A DNA stretch of 64,000 nt. It comes from Thermoplasmata archaeon. Its GTDB lineage: Archaea; Thermoplasmatota; E2; DHVEG-1. The notes under the pieces were generated by a model. The model ran no database searches. It was not told the DNA's origin and saw only the letters and a list, made by a program, of their open reading frames with translations. A program made the translations under genes and the position numbers. The stretch covers positions 346-64,345 of the forward strand of contig JADBLO010000094.1 of assembly GCA_014894395.1 (NCBI GenBank). Reading direction: 5' to 3'. Of this stretch, positions 10,079 to 19,714 are shown one piece after another (position 1 is the first letter of the stretch; every line of letters begins with the position of its first letter).

Positions 10079-11284
10079 ATGAAATGTGTGATTCTTGCTG
10101 CAGGTGAAGGAAATCGGATGCATCCTCTCACCTATACAAGACCAAAGGTAATGCTTCCTATTGCAGGTAAACCAATCCTTGAATGGAACCTGTTGAATGT
10201 TCGTGCTGCCGGTTTGAAAGAGTTCATTTTTGTCGTGAGTTATAAAAGCGAGATGGTACGAGAATATTTTGGCGACGGGAAGCCATGGAACGTTAAGATA
10301 AACTATGTAAATCAAGGGAAAGCCATGGGAACTGCACATGCTATCGGAACAGTCGAGCCGTTCGTGAGCGACTGCATCGTTCTCTGTGGCGATACGATTT
10401 TTGGCACCAACGACATCAAACAAATCGCAAAGAAAGGTACCAAGATAGGATTAGTAAAGATTGACAATGCAACAGAGTACGGTATTGTGGAACTCAAGGG
10501 AAAACATGTGGTTAAAATCTACGAGAAAATGGAACATCCATTATCCAACGTCATCAACGCAGGCATCTACCATTTCAACAAACATATCTTTGACGCTATT
10601 CGAAAGACGGGAAAATCACCGCGAGGCGAATTTGAAATTACTGATTCTATCAATACGCTGGTGAGTAAAGAACCAATGGAAGGCGTATTCCTCAAAGAAT
10701 GGCGAGACGTTGTCTACCCGTGGCATCTGCTTGATGCAAATGAGGAGCTATTAAAGAAGTTGAAGACAAAAATCCAGGGAACTGTTGAAAAGAACGTAAC
10801 AGTGAAAGGAATCGTTGTGGTGGGGAAAGGTACGGTGATTCGTTCAGGTACCTATATCGAAGGTCCGGTAGTAATCGGTAATAATAGTAAAATCGGCCCA
10901 AATTGTTACCTTAGACCGTTTACCACTATTGGGAATAACTGTCATGTCGGAAACGCCTGCGAAGTGAAAAACTCAATCATTATGGACTATAGTAACGTCC
11001 CACATCTGAATTATGTTGGTGACTCCATCATTGGACAGCACTGTAATCTTGGAGCAGGAACCACGGTTGCAAACCTCAGGCTTGATAAAAATAATATTAT
11101 TGTTACATTGAACGGAAAGAAAATCGATTCCAAACGACGGAAACTCGGGATGGTCATGGGAGATAATGTACAAACCGGGATTAACTCAATTATCAACGTT
11201 GGCACCATGATTGGCAACAATGTGTTCATTGGTCTTGGAGCTATGGCAAAAGGGGAAATAAAACCAGATACAAGGATACTATAA
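10079..11284 (+). CDS. glmU: Bifunctional sugar-1-phosphate nucleotidyltransferase/acetyltransferase (archaeal GlmU)
   Basis: VILAAGEG.RM.PLT..RPK, SPRGEFEITD, hexapeptide repeats with HLNYVGDS and NLGAGT; adjacent to glmS; AGGAG upstream of ATG 10079. Confidence 0.88.
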   Translation: MKCVILAAGEGNRMHPLTYTRPKVMLPIAGKPILEWNLLNVRAAGLKEFIFVVSYKSEMVREYFGDGKPWNVKINYVNQGKAMGTAHAIGTVEPFVSDCIVLCGDTIFGTNDIKQIAKKGTKIGLVKIDNATEYGIVELKGKHVVKIYEKMEHPLSNVINAGIYHFNKHIFDAIRKTGKSPRGEFEITDSINTLVSKEPMEGVFLKEWRDVVYPWHLLDANEELLKKLKTKIQGTVEKNVTVKGIVVVGKGTVIRSGTYIEGPVVIGNNSKIGPNCYLRPFTTIGNNCHVGNACEVKNSIIMDYSNVPHLNYVGDSIIGQHCNLGAGTTVANLRLDKNNIIVTLNGKKIDSKRRKLGMVMGDNVQTGINSIINVGTMIGNNVFIGLGAMAKGEIKPDTRIL

Positions 11285-11344
11285 TGAGACCTGTTTATCG
11301 TCGTGCATTATCTATTTAAGATAAATATCTAATTCACCAAGCGA

Positions 11345-12970
11345 ATGATTGCACGAAAATCCATGCTTATTGTCATCGCTCAGTTCCTTACTAGATCTCT
11401 TGGTTGGGTAGGATTAGTTGTACTAGCAAAACTATGGGGAGGATTTGCACCTGAGGCTCTTGGTGTCATTGGTTTTGCCATGTCATTTGTTGGAGTATTT
11501 TACATCGTTGCTGATCTTGGTTTTGGTCAGGCTCATATAAAGAGAATATCTGAAGGAAAAGATCTCGGTACATGCATTGGGACTTTTTTTACAATCAAAA
11601 TGATCCTCACTAGCGCAATGGCAGGCATTGTACTTCTGGCCATGTTTCTCTTGGAAAATGTGCTTCATCAAGGCTTCCGTGATGCGACAAAACAATCAGT
11701 TGTTCTCGTCTTTCTTATTTATTACGTATTACTCAGTATTCAACAGATAGCATCGTATACGTTTAATGGCAAAGGCGAAATAGCGAAAATGCAAATCACC
11801 TCTATTTTTGAAAATATCGTAAAAGTACCTCTGATGATTCTTGTCGCCCTTGCAGGGGTTGGTCTAGTAGGTCTTGCTCCGGTCATAGAGTGGCCTGCGT
11901 TTCTTCGTCCGGCTCAACAATTTGTCGCAGGTCATCCAATCGGGTCTTTAGCGATGGCGTACGTATTTGGGATAGCGACAACGGTGCTCGTCGGGTTTTG
12001 GTTGATGAAAAAATATCCTTGGAAAAAACCAGACCGGGAGCTTGGTAAAAATTATCTTTCCTTTGCAATGCCGATGTTTCTTTTTACAATTATCTCAACG
12101 ATCTCTGGAAATATCGATAAACTCATGATTGGGTATTTTTGGACAGCAACAGAAGTTGGATATTATTTTTCTGTACAACAGATATTACAGATTATCTTAG
12201 TTATTTTTGTCGCATTTAATACTGTTCTATTTCCTGAATTTTCCGTATACAATGCGAAAAAAGATTTTGAAAAAATAAATAAAACAACTCGCACCGCGGA
12301 AAGATATATCTCTATGATTATTATTCCCCCCGCGGTAGTAATTATACTATTTGTAAATCAGGTGATTAGTATAATGCTGAATAGCGCTTTTTTGCCAGCG
12401 GCATCAACTCTCATCGTATTAACCGTATACGCACTCCTTATAAGCCTTATGGCACCATATTATTCATTAATAGCCGGTCTAAACAAACCTAGTATTTATG
12501 CAAAAATTGGTTTGGTGATATGTCTTATAAATATCACCTTGAACTTATTGTTCATTCCGCAATGGGGGTTACTGTCACCGTTAGGAATTAATGGACCCAC
12601 AGGTGCGGCAGTTGCTATGGTATTATCTATTATGGTTGGTTTTATCTGGGTACGATTTTCAGCTAAAAAGTTAACAGGTATTCATCTGTTACAGACGCAT
12701 ACACCACGCCATATTATCGCTGGTGTGGTGATGGGGCTCTTTTTGTATCTCTTTGCGTTTCACACGACATTTTTCTCCGCCATTCATTGGTATCATCTCC
12801 TGTTTTTTTCAGGACTTGGCTTAGTGATTTATCTTGGAGTATTATTTGTATTACGAGAGTTTACTAAAAAAGACCTCCATTTTTTCTTGGATTTACTTCA
12901 GCCTAAAAAAATGCTAAGCTACATTAAATCTGAATTAAAAGAGCAAAAAGAGGATATTAAAAATAAATAA
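11345..12970 (+). CDS. Oligosaccharide flippase (Wzx/MOP superfamily)
   Basis: Roughly 12-14 hydrophobic segments; ADLGF, NIDKLMIGYF...VGYY, LNLLFIP..G..GAA motifs; located inside a glycan locus. Confidence 0.9.
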   Translation: MIARKSMLIVIAQFLTRSLGWVGLVVLAKLWGGFAPEALGVIGFAMSFVGVFYIVADLGFGQAHIKRISEGKDLGTCIGTFFTIKMILTSAMAGIVLLAMFLLENVLHQGFRDATKQSVVLVFLIYYVLLSIQQIASYTFNGKGEIAKMQITSIFENIVKVPLMILVALAGVGLVGLAPVIEWPAFLRPAQQFVAGHPIGSLAMAYVFGIATTVLVGFWLMKKYPWKKPDRELGKNYLSFAMPMFLFTIISTISGNIDKLMIGYFWTATEVGYYFSVQQILQIILVIFVAFNTVLFPEFSVYNAKKDFEKINKTTRTAERYISMIIIPPAVVIILFVNQVISIMLNSAFLPAASTLIVLTVYALLISLMAPYYSLIAGLNKPSIYAKIGLVICLINITLNLLFIPQWGLLSPLGINGPTGAAVAMVLSIMVGFIWVRFSAKKLTGIHLLQTHTPRHIIAGVVMGLFLYLFAFHTTFFSAIHWYHLLFFSGLGLVIYLGVLFVLREFTKKDLHFFLDLLQPKKMLSYIKSELKEQKEDIKNK

Positions 12971-13009
12971 ATTAAGAGGGCTTTTTGTAGCATATACTAC
13001 TTACATTTT

Positions 13010-14098
13010 TCATACATTTTTTTCCATAAATTCAACTATTTCCTTTAACTGATTAAAGTCTACATGAACTCCTTCTTTTTGTATGTTTTGAGCCTCTTCC
13101 ATTATTGGCTTCCAACTATGATTTATACGTGCTAAATGTATTTTTTGTTTTAACTTTTCAGGAACGAACTGCATTATTTGGTCACGTAAGGTTGCCACTG
13201 AAAAAAGAAGGCGCCTATTTTTACAGTAATCCAGGTATGCTTCAACAGCTAATTTAAAATCTTCTAGAACTATTTCTTTGTCGGCCCCATCAATCCTAGA
13301 TAATTCAGTTGTCATGCTCTCATAAAAAAGATTCACTTCTTTTCGATAACGAGGATCTTTTAGCCATGTGTCGAACTGTAATTTTCTGTTATGTTCTTTA
13401 AAATCTATTGGTTTATTTTCTTTGTTCCTCAGCCACATCAGATCTTCAATCACTATTGATTTTCCCTGATAGCATGTTGCTAACTCGAATATAAGTTCTT
13501 CAATGTATGGTGATGAAAATTTTTCTTTTGTGAGTATTGTCATGCTTTTTTTCCATACTTCAGAACGTTGCACTGCGTATATGGTCGAACAAACATATGG
13601 GTTCATGTGCTCAATCATTCTTTCTCTGGTTGTTCCTTCAAAACACCTATAGCCTTTCATTTCATTGTACATTGATGTTGCCATTATTCCGCTTTTTGTA
13701 GTATAAAATCCTATGCACCTTCCAATACATGCTACAATGTCTTTGTTATTTTTCAAATATTCCATACATTTTTCAAGTGAACTTGGAATAAAAAACTCAT
13801 CATCGCACAACATTGCTGTGTATGCTGTATCTATCAATTCCAATGATTTTCTTATCCGGTCATGGAGGTATTTTGGAATATGATAATAATGCACATTATC
13901 CCCAAGGCCTTTGAGGCCCTCAGTGTTTATTGGTGTACTCGTTCCGTCCAATACATATAGTGTCACTGGTGAATCAGACCAAAAATGCATCTGTCTTAGT
14001 GCATAGTGTTGACGATTGTATGTTGGCACAACAAGTGTAAGTTCCGAAAGATTTGGCATTTCGTTCCAGTCAATTTTAATCATTTCCTGCCTGCTCAT
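13010..14098 (-). CDS. GT2-like glycosyltransferase (TIGR00180-like family)
   Basis: LTLVVPTYNR, VLDGT, MLCDDEFF motifs. Confidence 0.75.
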   Translation of the reverse strand: MSRQEMIKIDWNEMPNLSELTLVVPTYNRQHYALRQMHFWSDSPVTLYVLDGTSTPINTEGLKGLGDNVHYYHIPKYLHDRIRKSLELIDTAYTAMLCDDEFFIPSSLEKCMEYLKNNKDIVACIGRCIGFYTTKSGIMATSMYNEMKGYRCFEGTTRERMIEHMNPYVCSTIYAVQRSEVWKKSMTILTKEKFSSPYIEELIFELATCYQGKSIVIEDLMWLRNKENKPIDFKEHNRKLQFDTWLKDPRYRKEVNLFYESMTTELSRIDGADKEIVLEDFKLAVEAYLDYCKNRRLLFSVATLRDQIMQFVPEKLKQKIHLARINHSWKPIMEEAQNIQKEGVHVDFNQLKEIVEFMEKNV

Positions 14099-14115
14099 TT
14101 ATTTCAATTTCATTT

Positions 14116-14853
14116 TTATTTCGTCTTTTTTAGATATCCATCTGGTGCAACTGTAATTAATAATTTGTTTTCTATATTTTTATCAATTTCGAATTCAGGA
14201 TGCGATTTCAAATATTCCCAAACTGCGGTTTTCGGATTATTTCCATTTCCCCAGGGCCGATCTGCAAATAAATTATCGTTCAAATCTTCAATGACAGTAT
14301 CAAATACCACACAATAACTTCCTTTTGAAACGAGTGGCCCATATGCATTCAGTTCAGCCAATACATGTGCATGCGTATGATTTGAATCCAAACAAACCAA
14401 AATATTGTTGTAGTTCTGTGCAAAATCATGAACCTGCTTGACTATGTTTTTGTCAATTGAAGATCCCTGCAGCATTTCTATTTTTTCTGATAGCGGATGT
14501 TTTTCTATCTCAACCCTGTTATGTGCTCTTATATCGATATCGATCCCGAGCACCTTGCCTCTTTTAATTGCTTTTGATGCTTCTAGCAATGTAATCATGG
14601 AAGCACTTAAGATCAGTGAACCTCCATGGGCAATACCCGTTTCAATAATGAGATCTGGCTTTACGGCCCAAATCAGTTCCTGCATTGCAATGATGTCTTG
14701 TGGATACTGAATTATCGGCCTGCCAAGCCATGAAAAATTATAGGTATACTTGGATACTGACGAAGCGTTCATGAAGTTATGGGCGCAGGATTTCATCTCT
14801 TCGTTTTGACCATTTGCATCAATTCTTTCTCTTACTTCTTTTTCAAAGTTCAT
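14116..14853 (-). CDS. CmcI (cephalosporin hydroxylase) family protein, probable sugar O-methyltransferase
   Basis: YTYNFSWLGRPIIQYPQD, KPDLIIETGIAHGGS, LDSNHTHAHVLAEL, APDGYLK; ATG 14853 follows AGGTG. Confidence 0.9.
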   Translation of the reverse strand: MNFEKEVRERIDANGQNEEMKSCAHNFMNASSVSKYTYNFSWLGRPIIQYPQDIIAMQELIWAVKPDLIIETGIAHGGSLILSASMITLLEASKAIKRGKVLGIDIDIRAHNRVEIEKHPLSEKIEMLQGSSIDKNIVKQVHDFAQNYNNILVCLDSNHTHAHVLAELNAYGPLVSKGSYCVVFDTVIEDLNDNLFADRPWGNGNNPKTAVWEYLKSHPEFEIDKNIENKLLITVAPDGYLKKTK

Positions 14854-14942
14854 GGTGATCCACCTGTATGCAATCAAATTGGTTGTTCGATTGTACCACT
14901 TTGGAATGAAAATTGGTAATAATAACTCATGCTATACCTGAT

Positions 14943-14973
14943 ATGAGTAAATACTCATCTTTACCTTTATATA
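14943..14973 (-). promoter_or_regulatory. Putative internal TATA box with adjacent palindrome ATGAGTA-AA-TACTCAT
   Basis: Minus strand reads TATATAAA (~14966-14973), followed by a perfect 7-2-7 inverted repeat at 14943-14958, upstream of the cmcI-like gene. Confidence 0.4.
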
Positions 14974-14999
14974 TCTAAATTTATCTCATTTTTATCCTG

Positions 15000-15908
15000 C
15001 TACTCTGATTGCTTCAATAATTCCGTTGTGTAGTTCCTTATTTTTTCCGGTGTCAACCCATATTTGTCAGCAAAATAATTCTTGTCTCCGACGGTTCTTT
15101 CAAACCCATCAGGAGGGGCAAGAGAATATAACTCCGTTGTATACAATTTTGATTCTACGAGAAACTGGCTCAGTATATTATAAAGTCCAGAACTGGCAAC
15201 ATGGTCCTCAACAACCAATATTTTAGGATATTGCAGGAAAACCCTAGACATTTCGTCCTTTTCAAATGGTTTAATTTTATTCATACAATAAACAGAAAAT
15301 GCACCATCTGTACCTGCAGCCTTCAGACAATTCTCCAGCATCGTCCCATGGGTTATAACCAGGAGACGGGAGCCGCGATTTTCGGTAACCATATGATTAA
15401 GACCTATTTGTTCAGAAGGGAGATCGAGACAACCTTTTCCAATCCTTACATAGGAAGGATTCTTATGCTTGAATATATCCTCAAAAACAATACGAACTGA
15501 TGCCATTGTGGAAGGGGAATAAATATTCATATAGGGAAATACTTTGATACAACCTATGTCGTCAATTACCTGATGTGTAGGACCAAGGCCGCCATTGTCA
15601 TAGCCTGTCGATGTCCCCACAAGAACTACAGGATAATTATGTAGACAGATGTCGTTTCTTATCTGTTCATAACATCTCTGAATCAGGAAATTTGAAATCG
15701 TGTAACAGACCGGACGAAATCCCACATTGCATAGTCCAGCACTTATTCCTATCATATTCTGCTCTGCAATACCGACATTAATAAACCGTTCTGGGAATTC
15801 TTTTTGGATCGGATCCACCAAACCAAGCCCCATATCGGCCACAACTAGGAAGATGGTCTTATCCTTGCACATCTGTTCAATGAGTTGTGTAAAAAATACG
15901 TTCCTCAT
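15000..15908 (-). CDS. Transketolase C-terminal (pyrimidine-binding) subunit
   Basis: ADMG, RFINVGIAEQNMIG, RCYEQIRNDIC, GPTHQ, VVEDH..SGL. Confidence 0.92.
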   Translation of the reverse strand: MRNVFFTQLIEQMCKDKTIFLVVADMGLGLVDPIQKEFPERFINVGIAEQNMIGISAGLCNVGFRPVCYTISNFLIQRCYEQIRNDICLHNYPVVLVGTSTGYDNGGLGPTHQVIDDIGCIKVFPYMNIYSPSTMASVRIVFEDIFKHKNPSYVRIGKGCLDLPSEQIGLNHMVTENRGSRLLVITHGTMLENCLKAAGTDGAFSVYCMNKIKPFEKDEMSRVFLQYPKILVVEDHVASSGLYNILSQFLVESKLYTTELYSLAPPDGFERTVGDKNYFADKYGLTPEKIRNYTTELLKQSE

Positions 15909-16735
15909 GTCTGCCGCCTCTTTGACAGTTCAATAGATGCTTTTTTATATTCTTCATCATTCGGTGGTCTGTAATGCCAGACATTATTATTTTCCATAAA
16001 TGAAACGCCTTTGCCTTTGATCGTATGGCAGATAATCGCGCCAGGGGTCTCTGATTCCTTCAGCCTTTGAATTGTTTGACAGATTTGTTCTTCATCATGT
16101 CCGTCAACCTCAAATGTTTTAAAACAAAAGCTTTCGAGTTTGTCTTTTAGGGAGTTAAATGAACAATAGGAATTGATGTCTTTGGTGCCGCCTAAACCAT
16201 TCATGTCTACCAGGACGCAAAGGTTATCAAGTTTCAGATGTCCTGCGAGAAGAAGTGCCTCCCAGTTAGACCCCTCATGGAGTTCTCCATCGCCGACAAT
16301 TACATATACTCTTGAATCAAGTCCTTTCGATTTCAAGCCGATTCCTATCCCAACCGCAACCGAAAGTCCATGTCCGAGAGCTCCCGTAGAGTGTTCTACA
16401 TATGGGACAAAGTGGCTCGCATGGCCACTTAGTATCGACCCGTTCTTATAGTATGTCATAAGCTCTTCATCGGATAACAGGCCTAAATGGTTTAATATAA
16501 CGTAAAGGGCTGCCGCCGAATGCCCTTTGCTGAGAATGACACGGTCTCTGTCGTCTCTTTTATCCTTTATTTTTTTGATATCAATACCCCTATACACTGC
16601 AGATAGAATTTCAATAACCGAAAAAGAGGATCCAATATGAGACGCCTTGGATTGGTAAATAATATCCAATACTCGTTTTCGTAGTAGATCTGTCTTCTGC
16701 GTCTCTTTTCGGCTGTCAATACTACTTCGTCCCAT
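15905..16735 (-). CDS. Transketolase N-terminal (ThDP-binding) subunit
   Basis: SHIGSSFS, DRVILSKGH, STGALGHGL, GDGELHEGSNWEA ThDP motif, TIKGKGVSFMEN..WH. Confidence 0.92.
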   Translation of the reverse strand: MGRSSIDSRKETQKTDLLRKRVLDIIYQSKASHIGSSFSVIEILSAVYRGIDIKKIKDKRDDRDRVILSKGHSAAALYVILNHLGLLSDEELMTYYKNGSILSGHASHFVPYVEHSTGALGHGLSVAVGIGIGLKSKGLDSRVYVIVGDGELHEGSNWEALLLAGHLKLDNLCVLVDMNGLGGTKDINSYCSFNSLKDKLESFCFKTFEVDGHDEEQICQTIQRLKESETPGAIICHTIKGKGVSFMENNNVWHYRPPNDEEYKKASIELSKRRQT

Positions 16736-16752
16736 TGTTAATTCCCTTTCCT

Positions 16753-17544
16753 TCATCCTGTAATATCTTTCTTCTTCCTGGAGGGATGGTCGATTTTTAC
16801 AATACCAGTTCTGGCCTTAAGCCCCGATTTACCGTTATCCGTAATGATTAAAGGATAAAGTTTCTTCTCAACACAGAAACTGTAAAAGCCATTGGACCAA
16901 TCGAGGTCGTCAGCCATAATTAGGGCATTTGAATTCAATTTTTCCCATACTAACGTCATTTCTTGTTTTATAAAAGCAAACGAATGGTCACTATCATGGT
17001 TATACAGATCAATCTTCTCATTCAACCTTGGAATCTCTTCAAGACTATTTCCCCGTATGAGTGTCCACCGCTCTTTCTGGGCAGGATGAACGATAAAACC
17101 AATATCCAGTCCTTGGGGTATGTCCTCGGAATCACCCACTAAATAATGCCTCGACATTTTGTCATCCGAATTTCTTGGAAGATCAATGGAAATCAACTTA
17201 CCAAAATGATTCCTTCTTAATGCATTCAGAATAAAACAGGTTGTTCCTCCATAAAACACTCCGGTCTCAAGGCAGACGGAAGGTCGATTGAGTCTGACGA
17301 GAATGTATAAGATAATCCTTTGTATCGCAAACCAATCTACTGATTCCAGGTTGCTATGTCTGAATATACCCTTTTGATACGTGAGCCTTACCTTTTGAAT
17401 CTGTTCATTTATCTCGTCCAAAAACTGTTGATCTCCCAATAATTCCTTGTACAGCTGATCTATCTTTGTAAACTCTACATTGAGATAATCAGCTAAGAGT
17501 TCGAGACTCATTGTATTAAGCGAACGGCATAATGCTGGGTCCAT
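16753..17544 (-). CDS. Class I SAM-dependent methyltransferase (Methyltransf_24-like)
   Basis: CLETGVFYGGTT, LISIDLP, HDSDHS, MADD motifs. Confidence 0.8.
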   Translation of the reverse strand: MDPALCRSLNTMSLELLADYLNVEFTKIDQLYKELLGDQQFLDEINEQIQKVRLTYQKGIFRHSNLESVDWFAIQRIILYILVRLNRPSVCLETGVFYGGTTCFILNALRRNHFGKLISIDLPRNSDDKMSRHYLVGDSEDIPQGLDIGFIVHPAQKERWTLIRGNSLEEIPRLNEKIDLYNHDSDHSFAFIKQEMTLVWEKLNSNALIMADDLDWSNGFYSFCVEKKLYPLIITDNGKSGLKARTGIVKIDHPSRKKKDITG

Positions 17545-17719
17545 TTTTTGTTTCCCTCTTTACAAGAAATTCTCTTCTTTCCCTTAATCTCTCTTCGTTG
17601 CCTATGCGAACGCCCTTCGCTGTCCACACAGCCTGGTTAAAAGGGCCGTAAGCATTTACTATCTCAATCTGGTCGGCTGAGATTCTCTCATCCACTTTGC
17701 TAGAGAGGTGTACCATCAT
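17516..17719 (-). pseudogene. Short ORF, probable 5' remnant of a deleted gene
   Basis: Start overlaps the upstream epimerase stop as in a coupled operon gene. It runs ~55 protein-like residues, then continues out of frame into the next gene. Confidence 0.4.
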
Positions 17720-18627
17720 TGGTCACCCAGAAAAGCATTCAAGTCACGTAAGCCCTGCTCGAGGTTGATTTTCGGCCCCCAATGGAGAAGCTCTTTTGCT
17801 TTCTTGTTTGAGACTGGTCTGATGCTTATGTTATTAGGAGTTGTCTCAACAATCTCGGGATTCTTATTCAAGATTTTCTTTGAAGTCTCAATTACTTCAC
17901 CGAGTCTTAAAAGCCTGTTGCCCTCAAGGTTTATTATATTGAAGCCAGGCAAGCCAATTGACTTAACAATGCCCTCAACGATGTCAGAAACATTGATAAA
18001 GCACCTTCCGGTCCGAAGGGATCCGACAGTAATCTTGTCCTGCGTCCTGACCTGGTTGAAAAGAGACTCAACAGCTGACCAATTGTCTTTCCTGCTGCCA
18101 TAGATTATGCCGAATCTCAGGATAGCCACAGGGCAGAAGCCGTGCTTTGAATTCTGGCGGAGATTTCCCTCTGAGACTAGCTTTGAAAGGGCATACTCAG
18201 AGGTATGGTTGGCGATATTGATAATTGAATCCTCTGTCTTTTCCTCCCCTTCAACAAAATTGTCATAAACCCATTCTGTTGATGCGAAAATAAACTGTTT
18301 GACATTCCTCTGCTCTGCTGCTTGCATCAAGTTCAGCGTTCCCATCACATTGATAGTGAAACATTCATATGCCTTGTTCTTGCAATCAGAGTCCCTTGAC
18401 AAGGCTGCGAGGTGGATGATTGCATCAGCGCCGTCTGGAATGAGCTCTGCAATCTCCGGCTTGTTTATGTCAGCTGAGAAATATTCTGACCGCTGTACCT
18501 TTGGCAAATCCACACAGACAGTCTTGTAGCCAAGCGAATGACATTTTTTCACAAGTTCCTTGCCAACAAATCCTTCTGAGCCGGTTATGAAAATTGTTTT
18601 CGGACGATGTGCCTTGTTTTCTTGCAT
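17716..18627 (-). CDS. NAD-dependent epimerase/dehydratase (extended SDR)
   Basis: FITGSEGFVG, HLAA, FASTEWVY, YALSK, LRFGIIYG. Confidence 0.9.
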   Translation of the reverse strand: MQENKAHRPKTIFITGSEGFVGKELVKKCHSLGYKTVCVDLPKVQRSEYFSADINKPEIAELIPDGADAIIHLAALSRDSDCKNKAYECFTINVMGTLNLMQAAEQRNVKQFIFASTEWVYDNFVEGEEKTEDSIINIANHTSEYALSKLVSEGNLRQNSKHGFCPVAILRFGIIYGSRKDNWSAVESLFNQVRTQDKITVGSLRTGRCFINVSDIVEGIVKSIGLPGFNIINLEGNRLLRLGEVIETSKKILNKNPEIVETTPNNISIRPVSNKKAKELLHWGPKINLEQGLRDLNAFLGDQ

Positions 18628-18667
18628 TTTTATCACCAACAGCTGAATGTATTTTATTGGCCTTTAA

Positions 18668-18808
18668 TCACATTTCATCTTCTGTCAACTTTCTGAGGTT
18701 TCCTTTGGGATTTGATGTAACCATGAGACGCGTATTTTTTTCATCAACCCTGAATTCAAGAGTGATTTTTATGAAATCCTTAATGGCGTCAAGTGTATTG
18801 GCATGACC
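18668..18808 (-). pseudogene. 3' remnant of a second CmcI-family gene
   Basis: Manual translation GHANTLDAIKDFIKITLEFRVDEKNTRLMVTSNPKGNLRKLTEDEM* aligns by eye with the C-terminus of 14116-14853 (GNNPKTAVWEYLKSHPEFEIDKNIENKLLITVAPDGYLKK). It has no start codon at its 5' end. Confidence 0.55.
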
Positions 18809-19714
18809 TTAATGTATTTTTCTGAAGTATTCAATAGTTTTTTCAATCCCTTTTTCAATGCTAAACTTTGGTTTCCATCCTACATCTGCTTTAATCCTTG
18901 AAATATCTGCCCAGAAATCCATGAGGGGAGAATCCGCAGGTTTTCCACTTTCTGAAACATACCTTTCGTTTAAATTATATAAGCGATAGACCGTGTTAAT
19001 GATATGTAGAATCTCCGTGGAATACCCTGAACCAATATTGTATACTTCTCCCTTCATCTCCTTAGTGATTAGCAGGGAAATCGCTTCGGCCACATCTTCG
19101 ACGTATACGAAATCATTTCGAGAATGAGGGGTTTTAATGTTCGGATGATCACCTGAACGAATAGAGGTAATAATATGCGGGATAAGAGAATGACCTTTCT
19201 GCTCTGGCCCATATACGTAAAACAGTCGTGTCCAGATAAATTCCATGTGATTTTCCCGAGCGATTTCTCGCCCCATTAAATGTAATGCATGTTTTGCCGC
19301 GGTGAACGCGCTCGATGGCTTTACCACTGAATCTTCATCAAGTTTGCCAGATTTCTGTCCGTATTCCCAACAACTTCCAGTACAAAGAACACGTTTGCAA
19401 CCAATCTCAGCTAACATTACAATCAAATTCAAACCATAGATCAGATTTTTCATGCTGGTTTTATAATCATAGTTTGGAATGTCCCCCCATGCCATGTGAA
19501 TAGTTACATCAGGTTGAAATTTTTTAACCACATCTTTCCACGCATCGATATTTGAAAGATCTCCCACGAATGCCGTTATTTTTTTATGATAATCAGTAAA
19601 AGACGGTTTTTCAGATTCTTGAATCAATAAAAGTAAATCGTGTTCTTCCTCCATCAACTTTCTTACTACATGAGTACCAATGAAACCTGTTCCTCCAGTA
19701 ACGAAAATTCTCAT
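18809..19714 (-). CDS. NAD-dependent epimerase/reductase (probable NDP-4-keto-sugar reductase)
   Basis: IFVTGGTGFIG, HMAW, GSCWEYG, RLFYVYGP, DFVYVEDVA. The YxxxK position reads FTAAK. Confidence 0.85.
   Translation of the reverse strand: MRIFVTGGTGFIGTHVVRKLMEEEHDLLLLIQESEKPSFTDYHKKITAFVGDLSNIDAWKDVVKKFQPDVTIHMAWGDIPNYDYKTSMKNLIYGLNLIVMLAEIGCKRVLCTGSCWEYGQKSGKLDEDSVVKPSSAFTAAKHALHLMGREIARENHMEFIWTRLFYVYGPEQKGHSLIPHIITSIRSGDHPNIKTPHSRNDFVYVEDVAEAISLLITKEMKGEVYNIGSGYSTEILHIINTVYRLYNLNERYVSESGKPADSPLMDFWADISRIKADVGWKPKFSIEKGIEKTIEYFRKIH

Noticed and set aside
18668-18811. Stop-codon readthrough extending the epimerase
   Set aside because: The stop is TAA, the SDR is already complete, and the tail resembles a different family.
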